Made by a program: the position numbers and the translations under genes. The notes beneath the pieces were generated by a model. The model searched no databases. It saw nothing but the letters and a program-made list of their open reading frames with translations, and was not told the DNA's origin. 64,000 bases of DNA, from positions 6,117-70,116 of the forward strand of contig CANQVZ010000005.1 in assembly GCA_947627425.1 (NCBI GenBank), read 5' to 3'. Each line of letters opens with the position of its first letter. The first letter of the stretch is position 1. Positions 1-8,709 of this stretch are shown here, piece by piece. The stretch comes from an uncultured Clostridia bacterium. GTDB taxonomy: Bacteria; Bacillota; Clostridia; Lachnospirales; CAG-274.

Positions 1-809
1 CGGCGTCCCTCGCTGTCGTTGAATATCCTGTCTATTATACCGCCCACGGAGCGTTCGCTCATAGTATAGCCGGGGCGTTCCACGTTCGTGCTCTCGCACA
101 TGAGCAGGAGCACACCCTTTTTTCCAAGCTCCGCAAAGCGCTGAAGATCTATCATATCCCCCTGTATGGGAGTGAAGTCGATCTTGAAATCGCCCGTATG
201 CACCACAACACCCACGGGTGTGGTGATGGCAAGGGCGGCGCTGTCGGCTATGGAATGTGTCGAGCGTATAAATTCCACCTTGAAGCTTTTGCCGAGCTTT
301 ATTACATCGCCCGCATTTACGCTGTTTCTTTCAACGCTGTTTAAAATATTGTGCTCCCTAAGCTTAGTCTCCACAAGCCCTATGGTGAGCTTTGTGCCGT
401 ATATAGGCACATTCAGCTCCTTAAGAAAATAGGGCAGAGAGCCTATGTGGTCCTCGTGTCCGTGAGTGAGCACCACTGCAAGCACCTTCTCTTTGTTCTT
501 GGTAAGATAAGAAAAATCAGGAATTACCAGATCGATACCAAGCATATCGTCCTCGGGAAAGGCAACTCCGCAGTCAACTATGAGTATTTCGTCCTCATAC
601 TCGAAGGCTGTTATATTCTTGCCTATCTCGTGAAGTCCGCCCAGAGGTATGACCTTAAGCTTTGAGGTCTCCTTAGCGGCTTTTTTGGACGCATTCTTCT
701 TTTCACCCTGCTTCTTTGAGTTCTGCTGCTTCTTCATCTCCGCCAGCAGAGCGTCAAAGTTGTTTTCCGAAGAATGCTTTGCATTATTTCTGAATTTTCT
801 GGTATACAA
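1..809 (-). CDS. rnj: Ribonuclease J (metallo-beta-lactamase/beta-CASP RNase), N-terminal ~269 aa; the gene continues beyond the window start
   Basis: Absent from the ORF track because it runs off the edge. Manual minus-strand translation gives KVIPLGGLHEIGKNITAFEYEDEILIVDCGVAFPEDDMLGIDLVIPDFSYLTKNKEKVLAVVLTHGHEDHIG, which contains the HxHxDH motif. A TTG start at 807-809 is preceded by GGAGGTGGA. An in-frame ATG further downstream is an alternative start. Confidence 0.8.
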   Translation of the reverse strand, partial: MYTRKFRNNAKHSSENNFDALLAEMKKQQNSKKQGEKKNASKKAAKETSKLKVIPLGGLHEIGKNITAFEYEDEILIVDCGVAFPEDDMLGIDLVIPDFSYLTKNKEKVLAVVLTHGHEDHIGSLPYFLKELNVPIYGTKLTIGLVETKLREHNILNSVERNSVNAGDVIKLGKSFKVEFIRSTHSIADSAALAITTPVGVVVHTGDFKIDFTPIQGDMIDLQRFAELGKKGVLLLMCESTNVERPGYTMSERSVGGIIDRIFNDSEGR

Positions 810-860
810 AATTCCACCTCCATATGATTATTATGTATTTGTCCGTTCATTATTTATCGC

Positions 861-890
861 ACAACAATAACAAGACCCCGAACGGTCTTG
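861..890 (-). terminator. Putative intrinsic terminator after the DUF1292 gene
   Basis: Hairpin CAAGACC-N6-GGTCTTG at 871-890, followed on the minus strand by the T-rich run TTATTGTTGT. Confidence 0.4.
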
Positions 891-909
891 TTAAAAAATA
901 AGTTTTTGA

Positions 910-1233
910 TCAAAGCTTCATCTCGTATTCCGCGTCCTCGTTCTGAAGCATAATAAGAACTCTGTTGTATTCTGCGTCGTCCTCGACGGGTTCGTAGGTA
1001 CATTCGTCATCTCCCGAAGCCACTTCCTTAAAAATAAACGCCTCGGGCTCATCCTTGTCAAAATCCTCCGCCTTCACAAGCAGGAGATACCTTTGGTTCT
1101 CAATATCTATGCCGTCCATAACAAAGAAATCCGTTTCCCTGCCGTCCTCGTCGGTCATTGAAACCATATCGAAGGTCTCCTCCTGGTCTCCGAATAAATT
1201 AAGCTCGTCTATATTCAGCTTGTCGTCACTCAT
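910..1233 (-). CDS. DUF1292 family protein (YrzB-like, acidic)
   Basis: 107-aa acidic ORF. It occupies the conserved Firmicute position next to ruvX/yqgF and ireB. Confidence 0.7.
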   Translation of the reverse strand: MSDDKLNIDELNLFGDQEETFDMVSMTDEDGRETDFFVMDGIDIENQRYLLLVKAEDFDKDEPEAFIFKEVASGDDECTYEPVEDDAEYNRVLIMLQNEDAEYEMKL

Positions 1234-1236
1234 ATT

Positions 1237-1668
1237 TTACTCCTTATTATTTGCCAAAGAGTCAAGATAGCCCTGTAATATATACACCGCCGCCATCTTG
1301 TCTATGACATCCTTTCTTTTGGCTCTGGACACATCGGCTTCTATAAGCGACCTTTCCGCAGCCACCGTCGAAAGCCTTTCGTCCCACATCACAACGGGCA
1401 GTCCAAGCTCTTTTTTTATGCGCTTTTTAAAGGCTATGGTCTTTTTTGCTCTCTCTCCCTCGCTGTTGTCCATATTTTTGGGAAAGCCCAGCACTATTCT
1501 CTCCACATTGTATTCCTCGCATATGCCCTTTAAGCGTTCTATGCTCTTTTTTAAATTGTTCTCCTCGCTCCGCCTTATTATCTCTACTCCCTGAGCAGTC
1601 CATCCCAGAGGATCGCTCACGGCAACGCCTATGGTGACGGAACCGAAGTCCAAACCCAGTATACGCAT
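1237..1668 (-). CDS. ruvX: Holliday junction resolvase-like putative pre-16S rRNA nuclease RuvX/YqgF
   Basis: The N-terminus MRILGLDFGSVTIGVAVSD is typical of the YqgF family. 143 aa. Confidence 0.9.
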   Translation of the reverse strand: MRILGLDFGSVTIGVAVSDPLGWTAQGVEIIRRSEENNLKKSIERLKGICEEYNVERIVLGFPKNMDNSEGERAKKTIAFKKRIKKELGLPVVMWDERLSTVAAERSLIEADVSRAKRKDVIDKMAAVYILQGYLDSLANNKE

Positions 1669-1696
1669 ATTTTTACCGATCTTATAACATAATGCC

Positions 1697-1996
1697 TTAC
1701 AGATTATTCTGAATGTAGTAGTTTACGATCTCCTCAAGAAGCTCGTCCTGTTCTATGCGGGATACCTTTTTTCTGGCGTCCTTGTAGCTTGTGATGTATG
1801 TAGGATCGCCCGAAATGATATAGCCCACAAGTTGATTGACGGGGTTGTAGCCCTTTTCCTTCATTGCGTCGTATGCCTCGGCTATGACCTTGTTTATGGC
1901 TGAGCGCTCGACTACCGCCTCATCGCTGATAACGACATCCTTAAGAGCATCTTTAAGGTTGCTTATCTTTTGAGTTTCAGAAAAATTATTACTCAT
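1697..1996 (-). CDS. ireB: IreB family regulatory phosphoprotein (UPF0297)
   Basis: The sequence from MSNNFSETQKI through NPVNQLVGYIISGDPTYITS matches the UPF0297 core. The ATG start chosen at 1996 has an AGGAGG RBS. The track ORF extends to a GTG at 2041. Confidence 0.8.
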   Translation of the reverse strand: MSNNFSETQKISNLKDALKDVVISDEAVVERSAINKVIAEAYDAMKEKGYNPVNQLVGYIISGDPTYITSYKDARKKVSRIEQDELLEEIVNYYIQNNL

Positions 1997-2200
1997 AATA
2001 CACACCTCCTGTTTTAAAAGTAGGTTTTCTCCGTTCAACACTATTCTATTCTATTGTACTACACAATCGATAATTTTGCAACTTAAATATTTATTAACTT
2101 TGTGACAAGGTTCAACAAAAAAATATATTGCACAAAAAATATGGTTTATATGATGAGGAAACATAAAAGACCGCTGATATAGCGGTCTTTGCTGTTTGAA

Positions 2201-2662
2201 TCATAAATTTTGAAGCATTCTCTTTACTATCTCGCTCACGAGTTTGTTGTCAGCCTTGCCCTTTGTCTCGGCTGTGACTGTTCCCATCACCTTTCCCATG
2301 TCTCTCATGGTAGAGGCGCCCGTCTTTTTGATAGCCTCCGTGACGATGCCTTCGATCTCTGCTTCCGACAATTGCTCGGGAAGGTAAGCCTTCAGAAGCT
2401 CGATCTTTCTGTTTGCTTCGTCCACAAGATCCTGACGCTCCGCTCTCTTAAAATCGGGCAGTACGTCGTTTATCTTTTTTATTTCCTTGGATATAACGGA
2501 CAAAACACTGTTATCGTCAAGATCGTCTATTTTGTTGTCCTTTTCGATCTGGAGAACGCCGGCGCGCACGATCTGGATAATTTCTTTCCTTACGGTGTCC
2601 TTTTCCTTCATTGCGGCCTTAAGGTCATTAAAAAGCTGTTCCTTTAATGACATTGTGATCAC
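2201..2662 (-). CDS. GatB/YqeY domain-containing protein
   Basis: The sequence from MSLKEQLFNDLKAAMKEKD through ELLKAYLPEQLSEAEI is typical of YqeY. The start could be the GTG at 2662 or the ATG at 2653. Confidence 0.8.
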   Translation of the reverse strand: MITMSLKEQLFNDLKAAMKEKDTVRKEIIQIVRAGVLQIEKDNKIDDLDDNSVLSVISKEIKKINDVLPDFKRAERQDLVDEANRKIELLKAYLPEQLSEAEIEGIVTEAIKKTGASTMRDMGKVMGTVTAETKGKADNKLVSEIVKRMLQNL

Positions 2663-2685
2663 TGTCCTTTTGTGTAAAATGTAAA

Positions 2686-2862
2686 TTAGTTGTACTTACG
2701 CTTTCTTGCAGCCTCGGACTTCTTTTTACGCCTTACACTGGGCTTGTCATAGTGTTCTCTTTTTCTTATCTCGCCCATGATACCTGCTTTTGCACAGTTT
2801 CTTTTAAAACGGCGAAGAGCGCTATCTAATGACTCGTTTTCCTTAACTCTGACCTCAGACAT
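2686..2862 (-). CDS. rpsU: 30S ribosomal protein S21
   Basis: Below the ORF-track size cutoff. Manual translation gives [58 protein letters not shown] (58 aa), preceded by a GGAGGGAGGGAAG RBS. Confidence 0.9.
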   Translation of the reverse strand: MSEVRVKENESLDSALRRFKRNCAKAGIMGEIRKREHYDKPSVRRKKKSEAARKRKYN

Positions 2863-2994
2863 TATTTCTTCCCTCCCTCCGGTTACATCAATCCTGTATA
2901 ATCATTAAACTATACACTACAAAATTATACACAATTTTTTGGATATAGTCAACCTCAAAATGGATATTTTTTTAATTTTTGTGTAATTTTTCTC

Positions 2995-3870
2995 CTATGC
3001 CTGCTCCTGTAAGAGTCTTAAAAGGTCGTTTTCCGTAAATTCATAGTCCTTGTTGCAGAAATGACAGTGCAGTGTCGCCTTGCCGTCCTCTTCTATTATT
3101 TTGGCTATTTCCTTTTTGCCAAGTGAAATGAGGGCTTTTTCTACTCTCTGTCTTGAGCAGTTGCAGTAGTATTCCACGGGGAGCTTGTCAAGTATATTAG
3201 GCTGCATATCCCCTATGAGATAGTCGGTTATGTCCTCGGGAGTCATGCCCTTTTCAAGCATTGTGGTGACAGGCTCTATCTCGTTAAGCTTTATTTCAAG
3301 CGAAAATATATCATCCTCGGTCGCCTCGGGCATAAGCTGAATTATAAAGCCTCCCGCCTGCTTTATGCTGTAATCTCTGTCTACAAGCACGCCAAGCGCC
3401 ACCGCAGACGGCGTTTGCTCGGACTTTGCGAAGTAATAGGTCAGATCCTCGGCTATTTCGCCCGTCTGTATGGGTATCTGTCCTATATACGGCTCCTTTA
3501 AGCCCATATCCTTCATAACGGTGAGCGTGCCGTTTCCTACGGCTGCGCCCACATCCAGCTTTCCGTCGGGCTTGAGAGGGATATCGACCTGCGGATCTCC
3601 CGCATAGCCCTTTACTCTCGCCTTGCTGTCGGCAGTCGCCGTTATTATTCCTGCGGGTCCGTCGCCCTTGAATTGAAGCGTCAGAAGGTCGTCTTCGCCC
3701 TTGAGCATAGAACCCATCATGGCTGCGCCCGTGAGCGCTCTGCCCAGAGCAGCCGATATAACGGGCGATGTCCTGTGATATTCAAATGCTTTCTGAACGG
3801 TGTCTTTTGTGGTAGCCACAAAAAGTCTTACGGCGCCGTTTCCCGCCGTCGATCTCAATATATAGTCCAT
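2995..3870 (-). CDS. hslO: Redox-regulated chaperone Hsp33
   Basis: 291 aa with the C-terminal zinc-centre motifs CNCS and CHFC. Confidence 0.9.
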   Translation of the reverse strand: MDYILRSTAGNGAVRLFVATTKDTVQKAFEYHRTSPVISAALGRALTGAAMMGSMLKGEDDLLTLQFKGDGPAGIITATADSKARVKGYAGDPQVDIPLKPDGKLDVGAAVGNGTLTVMKDMGLKEPYIGQIPIQTGEIAEDLTYYFAKSEQTPSAVALGVLVDRDYSIKQAGGFIIQLMPEATEDDIFSLEIKLNEIEPVTTMLEKGMTPEDITDYLIGDMQPNILDKLPVEYYCNCSRQRVEKALISLGKKEIAKIIEEDGKATLHCHFCNKDYEFTENDLLRLLQEQA

Positions 3871-3891
3871 TTTGTATTTTCCTTTCTTTTG

Positions 3892-4656
3892 TTATGCTCT
3901 GTTTTTTTGTATCTCTCTTGCCACAAAGAACACTCTTGTGCTCCTTTCGGTGGGCTTATGGAAGGTCAGCTCCTCGTACACGGCTTCAAATTTAAGCCCG
4001 GCTTTTTCGAGCAAGTCTATTATAACATCCGTATCGTAGCCCTTTTCATAGTGCAGCTCCTCGTGTCTTTCATAAAGACCATCGGCATTTTGTATGAAAA
4101 AATTGGTATAAAATTCGTTTATGTCAAGCTTTTCGTCATAGTAATTTTCACAGGTATATGCCGAATTGTCGTCTGTTTCACAGAAGCTGCCGCTGCCTAT
4201 CACATCCCTTAGCTTGTGTATGGTGTTCATATCGAACACAAACAGTCCGCCGGGCTCCAGATAGTTGTTCACGAGCCTGAAAACCTCGCAGAGCTCCTCG
4301 GGTTCGGTTATATAGTTGAGGCTGTCGCAGGTGGAAATGACTGCGTCTACCGTGCCGTAAAGCTCAAATTCCCGCATATCCTGATTAAGATAGAGTATGT
4401 CAAGTCCCTTTTTGGATGCCTTTTCCTGCGCTATGGCGAGCATCTCCTCCGAGTTGTCTATGCCTATCATGTCAAAGCCGTTTTCCGCAAGCCTCTGTGT
4501 CATGCTGCCCGTTCCGCAGCCTAAGTCGGCAATTATGTTAGTGTTGTTTGCAAGACCGTGTTTTTTGAAGATCTCTTTAATGTATTCTGTCCATCCGTCA
4601 TATGGAGTATCCTCCATAAACCTGTCGTAGACCAGAGCAAAAGTTTCGTATGCCAT
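3892..4656 (-). CDS. Class I SAM-dependent methyltransferase
   Basis: Motif I is IADLGCGTGSMT. 254 aa. Confidence 0.8.
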   Translation of the reverse strand: MAYETFALVYDRFMEDTPYDGWTEYIKEIFKKHGLANNTNIIADLGCGTGSMTQRLAENGFDMIGIDNSEEMLAIAQEKASKKGLDILYLNQDMREFELYGTVDAVISTCDSLNYITEPEELCEVFRLVNNYLEPGGLFVFDMNTIHKLRDVIGSGSFCETDDNSAYTCENYYDEKLDINEFYTNFFIQNADGLYERHEELHYEKGYDTDVIIDLLEKAGLKFEAVYEELTFHKPTERSTRVFFVAREIQKNRA

Positions 4657-4669
4657 ATTTAAAATTCAC

Positions 4670-5431
4670 CTATTTCCCCAATATCCATAGCTGCAGCACC
4701 GCAAGCACTTCCCTCAGATAGCAGGGCACTATCGATGTGATGGAAGTGGATGCGTTGTATGCCCGCGCATCAAGTCCGTTGAGCTTTGCCAGCTCTCCCG
4801 CCCTGTAGGAATGAAAGCTGTTTGTTATGTATGCCGTTTTATAGCCGCTGCCGAGCCTTTTATCCAGTATTTCCTTTGAAAGCTTGAAGTTTTCGTTGGT
4901 GGAGGTCGCCTTGTCCTCCATAATTATGCTTTCGTCGGGTATTCCTCTTTCCGTCAGATAGTCGTACATAGCCTTTGCTTCCGTAATGTCCTCCTGCGGA
5001 CCCTGTCCTCCGCTTACTATTATGAGGGCGTCGCTGTTGTTATTGTAATATTCTATTGCCTTTTCCAAGCGCCTTGCAAGCGTGAGCGTGGGCGCTGTTC
5101 CCATCACACCGCAGCCCAGCACTATCACGGCGTCCTCCGTACAGTCCGCCCTGTTTGTCTGCGGTATCAGCGCTATAACGGCTGTCATCACAGCAAAGAA
5201 CACCGCCGCAAGCAGGGTAAGACCCTTGCATATCTTTACAGCGGTATTGTCGGGCACGTTGAACCATAGCGCCATAGCCAGTCCCATTAAAATAGTGAGT
5301 AGCTTTCCCAGCGCAAAATTGGCTGCCAGACAGGAAAGGAGCATAAATATAAGTATCATTATGCCTGCCGCAGTTACAAAATATCGCATAAATTTCATAA
5401 AATCACCTTTATTGAAGTATATCCTTGTCAA
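4670..5431 (-). CDS. YdcF/ElyC/SanA (DUF218) family membrane protein
   Basis: N-terminal TM helices are followed by the DUF218 core, running from VIVLGCGV to IIVSGGQGPQE. Confidence 0.7.
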   Translation of the reverse strand: MTRIYFNKGDFMKFMRYFVTAAGIMILIFMLLSCLAANFALGKLLTILMGLAMALWFNVPDNTAVKICKGLTLLAAVFFAVMTAVIALIPQTNRADCTEDAVIVLGCGVMGTAPTLTLARRLEKAIEYYNNNSDALIIVSGGQGPQEDITEAKAMYDYLTERGIPDESIIMEDKATSTNENFKLSKEILDKRLGSGYKTAYITNSFHSYRAGELAKLNGLDARAYNASTSITSIVPCYLREVLAVLQLWILGK

Positions 5432-5534
5432 TTCTTGATTAATTCTAACTCCGGCTGCTTTTTGTTTTTTTAACTCTTAATATATGTAATTACCCGGTAG
5501 GCTTAATGTTCGGATAACAGTAAGGTTTGCTGTT

Positions 5535-6047
5535 TTAAAGTACACCAAATACAGAATTTACTATTCCCGACGGTCTTCCGAGCATATTCTTTGATATAGC
5601 TTCTTTCCCTATCAAATATACATACATTGTGTCGTCATCAGATTTTATACCCCAAGCATCAACATGAGAGCTGTCGTTGTATCTTTTTATTATATAAAGT
5701 CTTATGCCAAAGGAAACAATAATATTGTTTTTGGAAAAATCTATATCGGAACAATCAATTTGTGATAAATCAATATTTAATTCGTTGTCTGTTAAATCCT
5801 CTTCGCCTTCAATCAAAATCCATGTGGGATAATACAAGTATTTATTGTCTAATAAATCAACATATGCAGCTGAATTATATTTTAATTTTTCTGTAAGCTT
5901 GAAATGAATATAATTATTATAACAAAAATAATTCCAAAGCAGAATAAAAGCAACTATTATTGATATCAGTAAAAATAATAATTTTATAATAAAAGATTTA
6001 TGTTTTTCTCTTGTTGTATTCACCGGAATCATTTCTCCTGTTGCCAT
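5535..6047 (-). CDS. Hypothetical membrane-anchored protein in a strongly AT-rich segment
   Basis: 170-aa ORF with one N-terminal TM helix (FIIKLLFLLISIIVAFILLW). I recognise no family. Composition differs sharply from the neighbouring genes. Confidence 0.45.
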   Translation of the reverse strand: MATGEMIPVNTTREKHKSFIIKLLFLLISIIVAFILLWNYFCYNNYIHFKLTEKLKYNSAAYVDLLDNKYLYYPTWILIEGEEDLTDNELNIDLSQIDCSDIDFSKNNIIVSFGIRLYIIKRYNDSSHVDAWGIKSDDDTMYVYLIGKEAISKNMLGRPSGIVNSVFGVL

Positions 6048-6249
6048 ATATAATTAAAATCTCACTTTGAATATTATATATAATTTTCCTGAAGCTTTAA
6101 TATAAATATACAATAATAAAATGCAAAAGACAAGAGCTTTGCCGTATTTGTAATATATTTTTATGAAAACCGGACTGCATTGTATGGCGTGCCGCGTGTT
6201 AAGAAAATACTTGTTTATTGAATTTTTCAGCATAGACTATAAGTTTTGC

Positions 6250-6330
6250 TGCTCCCTTGCTTGTAGGGGAGACCTGCGGTCTCCCGCGGGCGACTACAAG
6301 TCGCCCCTACATTATGGGAAGTGCAGACCC
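6250..6330. repeat. GC-rich REP-like double-hairpin element
   Basis: Hairpin GGGAGACC-tgc-GGTCTCCC at 6267-6285 and hairpin GGGCGACT-aca-AGTCGCCC at 6288-6306 are nested inside GTAGGGG...CCCCTAC. Related hairpins occur at 62446-62464 and 62633-62651. Confidence 0.6.
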
Positions 6331-6394
6331 CTGCAATAAGCGGGAGCCGCTCCGCCGTATTTATTAAAAAATTGCTAACAAAACGCCCGCGTTA

Positions 6395-6423
6395 TTGACA
6401 AAGCCTGTTTTATCTGTTAAAAT
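6395..6423 (+). promoter_or_regulatory. Sigma-A type promoter of the thiS operon
   Basis: TTGACA (6395-6400), a 17-nt spacer, then TAAAAT (6418-6423). Confidence 0.6.
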
Positions 6424-6429
6424 ACTACC

Positions 6430-6545
6430 ATAATGTCAAGACACATTAAAGGGGTGTACCACCGCTCAGGCAAGGTACAGGAAGGCATAGCCCAATATGC
6501 CCGTTCTCTTTTTGTGTCCTTTTTTATTATTTATAAACGAGGTGA
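6430..6545 (+). promoter_or_regulatory. Structured thiS leader with embedded terminator. It is not a canonical TPP aptamer and is a candidate HMP-PP (thiS-motif) riboswitch.
   Basis: Hairpin GTACC-N13-GGTAC at 6456-6478. A bulged stem (GAAGGCATA / TATGCCCGTTC, 6481-6506) is followed by TCTTTTT. The CUGAGA and ACCUGAUCUGG elements of the TPP core are absent. Confidence 0.4.
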
Positions 6546-6549
6546 GGCT

Positions 6550-6750
6550 ATGATAAGAATAAACGGCGAAAACAAGCCCGAGGCGGAGGGCATGAGCGTG
6601 AGCGCATATATTGAGCTTGCGGGCTATCGCCCAGAAACCGTGGCAGTGGAGCTCAACGGCGAAATACTCAAGAAGGACAATTACAGCCGTGTTTTATGCG
6701 ACGGCGACAAAATGGAAATAGTTACGTTCATGGGCGGTGGATGTATATAA
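6550..6750 (+). CDS. thiS: Sulfur carrier protein ThiS
   Basis: 66 aa, from MIRINGENK to VTFMGGGCI. GGTGAGG RBS. The track ORF from 6433 is an upstream over-extension through the leader. Confidence 0.85.
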   Translation: MIRINGENKPEAEGMSVSAYIELAGYRPETVAVELNGEILKKDNYSRVLCDGDKMEIVTFMGGGCI

Positions 6751-6767
6751 AAAAGGAGATATGAAAA

Positions 6768-7532
6768 ATGGAAAAAGACAAGCTTATAATAGGCGGACAC
6801 GAATTTGATTCAAGATTTATACTCGGTTCGGGCAAGTATTCGCTCGAACTCATAAAGGCGGCTGTGGAAAATGCGGGAGCGCAGATAATAACGCTCGCTT
6901 TGAGGCGCGCCAATTCCGATGTGGACAACATTCTGGACTACATACCCAAGGGTGTTACGCTTCTTCCCAACACCTCGGGCGCAAGAAATGCCGAGGAGGC
7001 TGTGAGGATAGCGAGGCTCTCAAGGGAGCTGGGCTGCGGAGATTTTGTGAAAATAGAGATAATGCGCGATTCAAAATATCTCCTCCCCGAAAACTATGAA
7101 ACAATAAAGGCGACCGAGATACTTGCAAATGAGGGCTTTGTCGTAATGCCCTATATGTATCCCGACTTAAATGTCGCAAGAGACCTTAAAAATGCGGGCG
7201 CGGCGACCATTATGCCCCTCGGAGCGCCCATAGGCACAAACAAGGGCATAGTTACAAAGGAATTTATAAAGATATTGATTGAAGAAATAGACCTGCCCAT
7301 AATAGTTGACGCGGGAATAGGCAAGCCCTCTCACGCCTGCGAGGCTATGGAGATGGGCGCAGCCGCAGTCATGGCAAACACAGCCATAGCCACTGCGGGC
7401 GATATCCCCGCCATGGCGGAAGCCTTCAGAAAGGCTATAGAGGCGGGCAGAACGGCTTATCTTTCGGGTATGGGCAGAGTGAGGGACAGAGCAAGCGCCT
7501 CCTCACCGCTCACAGGATTTTTAAGGGATTGA
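6768..7532 (+). CDS. thiG: Thiazole synthase
   Basis: 254 aa. The sequence from [19 protein letters not shown] through [14 protein letters not shown] is typical of ThiG. Confidence 0.92.
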   Translation: MEKDKLIIGGHEFDSRFILGSGKYSLELIKAAVENAGAQIITLALRRANSDVDNILDYIPKGVTLLPNTSGARNAEEAVRIARLSRELGCGDFVKIEIMRDSKYLLPENYETIKATEILANEGFVVMPYMYPDLNVARDLKNAGAATIMPLGAPIGTNKGIVTKEFIKILIEEIDLPIIVDAGIGKPSHACEAMEMGAAAVMANTAIATAGDIPAMAEAFRKAIEAGRTAYLSGMGRVRDRASASSPLTGFLRD

Positions 7533-7543
7533 GGTAATGAAAA

Positions 7544-8701
7544 ATGAGTGAAGCAAGAATAGACCATATGACCTATCTCCCCGATATGGAGAATATAGGC
7601 TCGGATATACAGGACAGGGTAATAGCCGCTATGGAGAGCTACGACCCCGAAAAATATACTGCCGAGGATGTGAGGGCGGCTCTTGAAAAGGATGTGCTCA
7701 CACCCGAGGACTACGGCGCGCTTCTTTCTCCCGCCGCAACTCCTCTCATGGAGGAAATAGCGCAGAGGGCGCAGGCTGAAACCAGAAAGCACTTCGGCAG
7801 CAGCATACAGCTTTTCACACCGCTTTATATAGCGAATTACTGTGAGAATTACTGCATTTACTGCGGTTTTAACTGCCATAATAAGATCCACAGGGCAAAG
7901 CTTGACTACAGCGAGATAGAAAAGGAAATGCAGGCTATATCCTCCACGGGACTTGAGGAGGTGCTCATTCTCACGGGCGAAAGCCGTAAGATGTCCGATG
8001 TGGAGTACATAGGCGAGGCTTGCCGTATAGCCAAAAAATATTTCAAGGTCACGGGACTTGAGGTCTATCCCATGAATACCGATGAGTACAGATATCTGCA
8101 CGAGTGCGGGGCGGATTATGTTACCGTTTTCCAGGAGACCTACAATTCCGACAAGTACGAAACTCTGCACCTTGCGGGACACAAGAGGATATTTCCCTAT
8201 AGGTTCAACGCGCAGGAAAGAGCCATACGCGGAGGAATGAGGGGCGTTGGCTTTGCCGCCCTTCTGGGACTTTCCGATTTCAGAAAGGACGCCTTTGCTA
8301 CGGGCATACACGCCTATCTTATACAGCAGAAATATCCCCATGCGGACATAGCTTTTTCGTGTCCGAGGCTCAGACCCATAATAAACAACGACAAAATAAA
8401 TCCCAAGGATGTGCACGAAACACAGCTTTTGCAGGTGATGTGCGCTTATAGGATATTTATGCCCTTTGCAAGCCTCACCATATCCACAAGAGAGTGCGCG
8501 CGTTTTAGGGATAATTCCATAAAAATAGCGGCAACAAAGATTTCCGCGGGCGTGGACGTGGGCATAGGCGGACACGGCGACAACGAGAGAAAGGGCGACG
8601 AGCAGTTCGAGATAAGCGACGGCAGGAACGTAAAGGAAGTTTACGACGCCATAAAGGCGCAGGGACTTCAGCCCGTAATGAGCGAGTATATTTATCTGTA
8701 G
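7544..8701 (+). CDS. thiH: 2-iminoacetate synthase (radical SAM)
   Basis: 385 aa with the CxxxCxxC motif CENYCIYCGF. It lies in the thiSGH context. Confidence 0.9.
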   Translation: MSEARIDHMTYLPDMENIGSDIQDRVIAAMESYDPEKYTAEDVRAALEKDVLTPEDYGALLSPAATPLMEEIAQRAQAETRKHFGSSIQLFTPLYIANYCENYCIYCGFNCHNKIHRAKLDYSEIEKEMQAISSTGLEEVLILTGESRKMSDVEYIGEACRIAKKYFKVTGLEVYPMNTDEYRYLHECGADYVTVFQETYNSDKYETLHLAGHKRIFPYRFNAQERAIRGGMRGVGFAALLGLSDFRKDAFATGIHAYLIQQKYPHADIAFSCPRLRPIINNDKINPKDVHETQLLQVMCAYRIFMPFASLTISTRECARFRDNSIKIAATKISAGVDVGIGGHGDNERKGDEQFEISDGRNVKEVYDAIKAQGLQPVMSEYIYL

Positions 8702-8709
8702 GTGGCATC

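Noticed and set aside
166-870. Three plus-strand ORFs of 73-104 aa at the window start
   Set aside because: They lie opposite the rnj coding sequence, which shows the HxHxDH motif on the minus strand.
6430-6545. Canonical TPP riboswitch upstream of thiS
   Set aside because: It was expected from the context. However, the invariant CUGAGA and ACCUGAU...GGGA elements, which are clearly visible in the thiC leader, are missing. The region is reported instead as a candidate thiS-motif leader.
6433-6549. N-terminal 39 codons of the track ORF containing thiS
   Set aside because: The extension runs through the promoter-proximal structured leader and its terminator. ThiS-like sequence and a good RBS begin only at 6550.
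7457-8575. 372-aa minus-strand ORF
   Set aside because: It is antisense to thiH, which has a clear radical SAM motif and operon context. The translation looks like noise.
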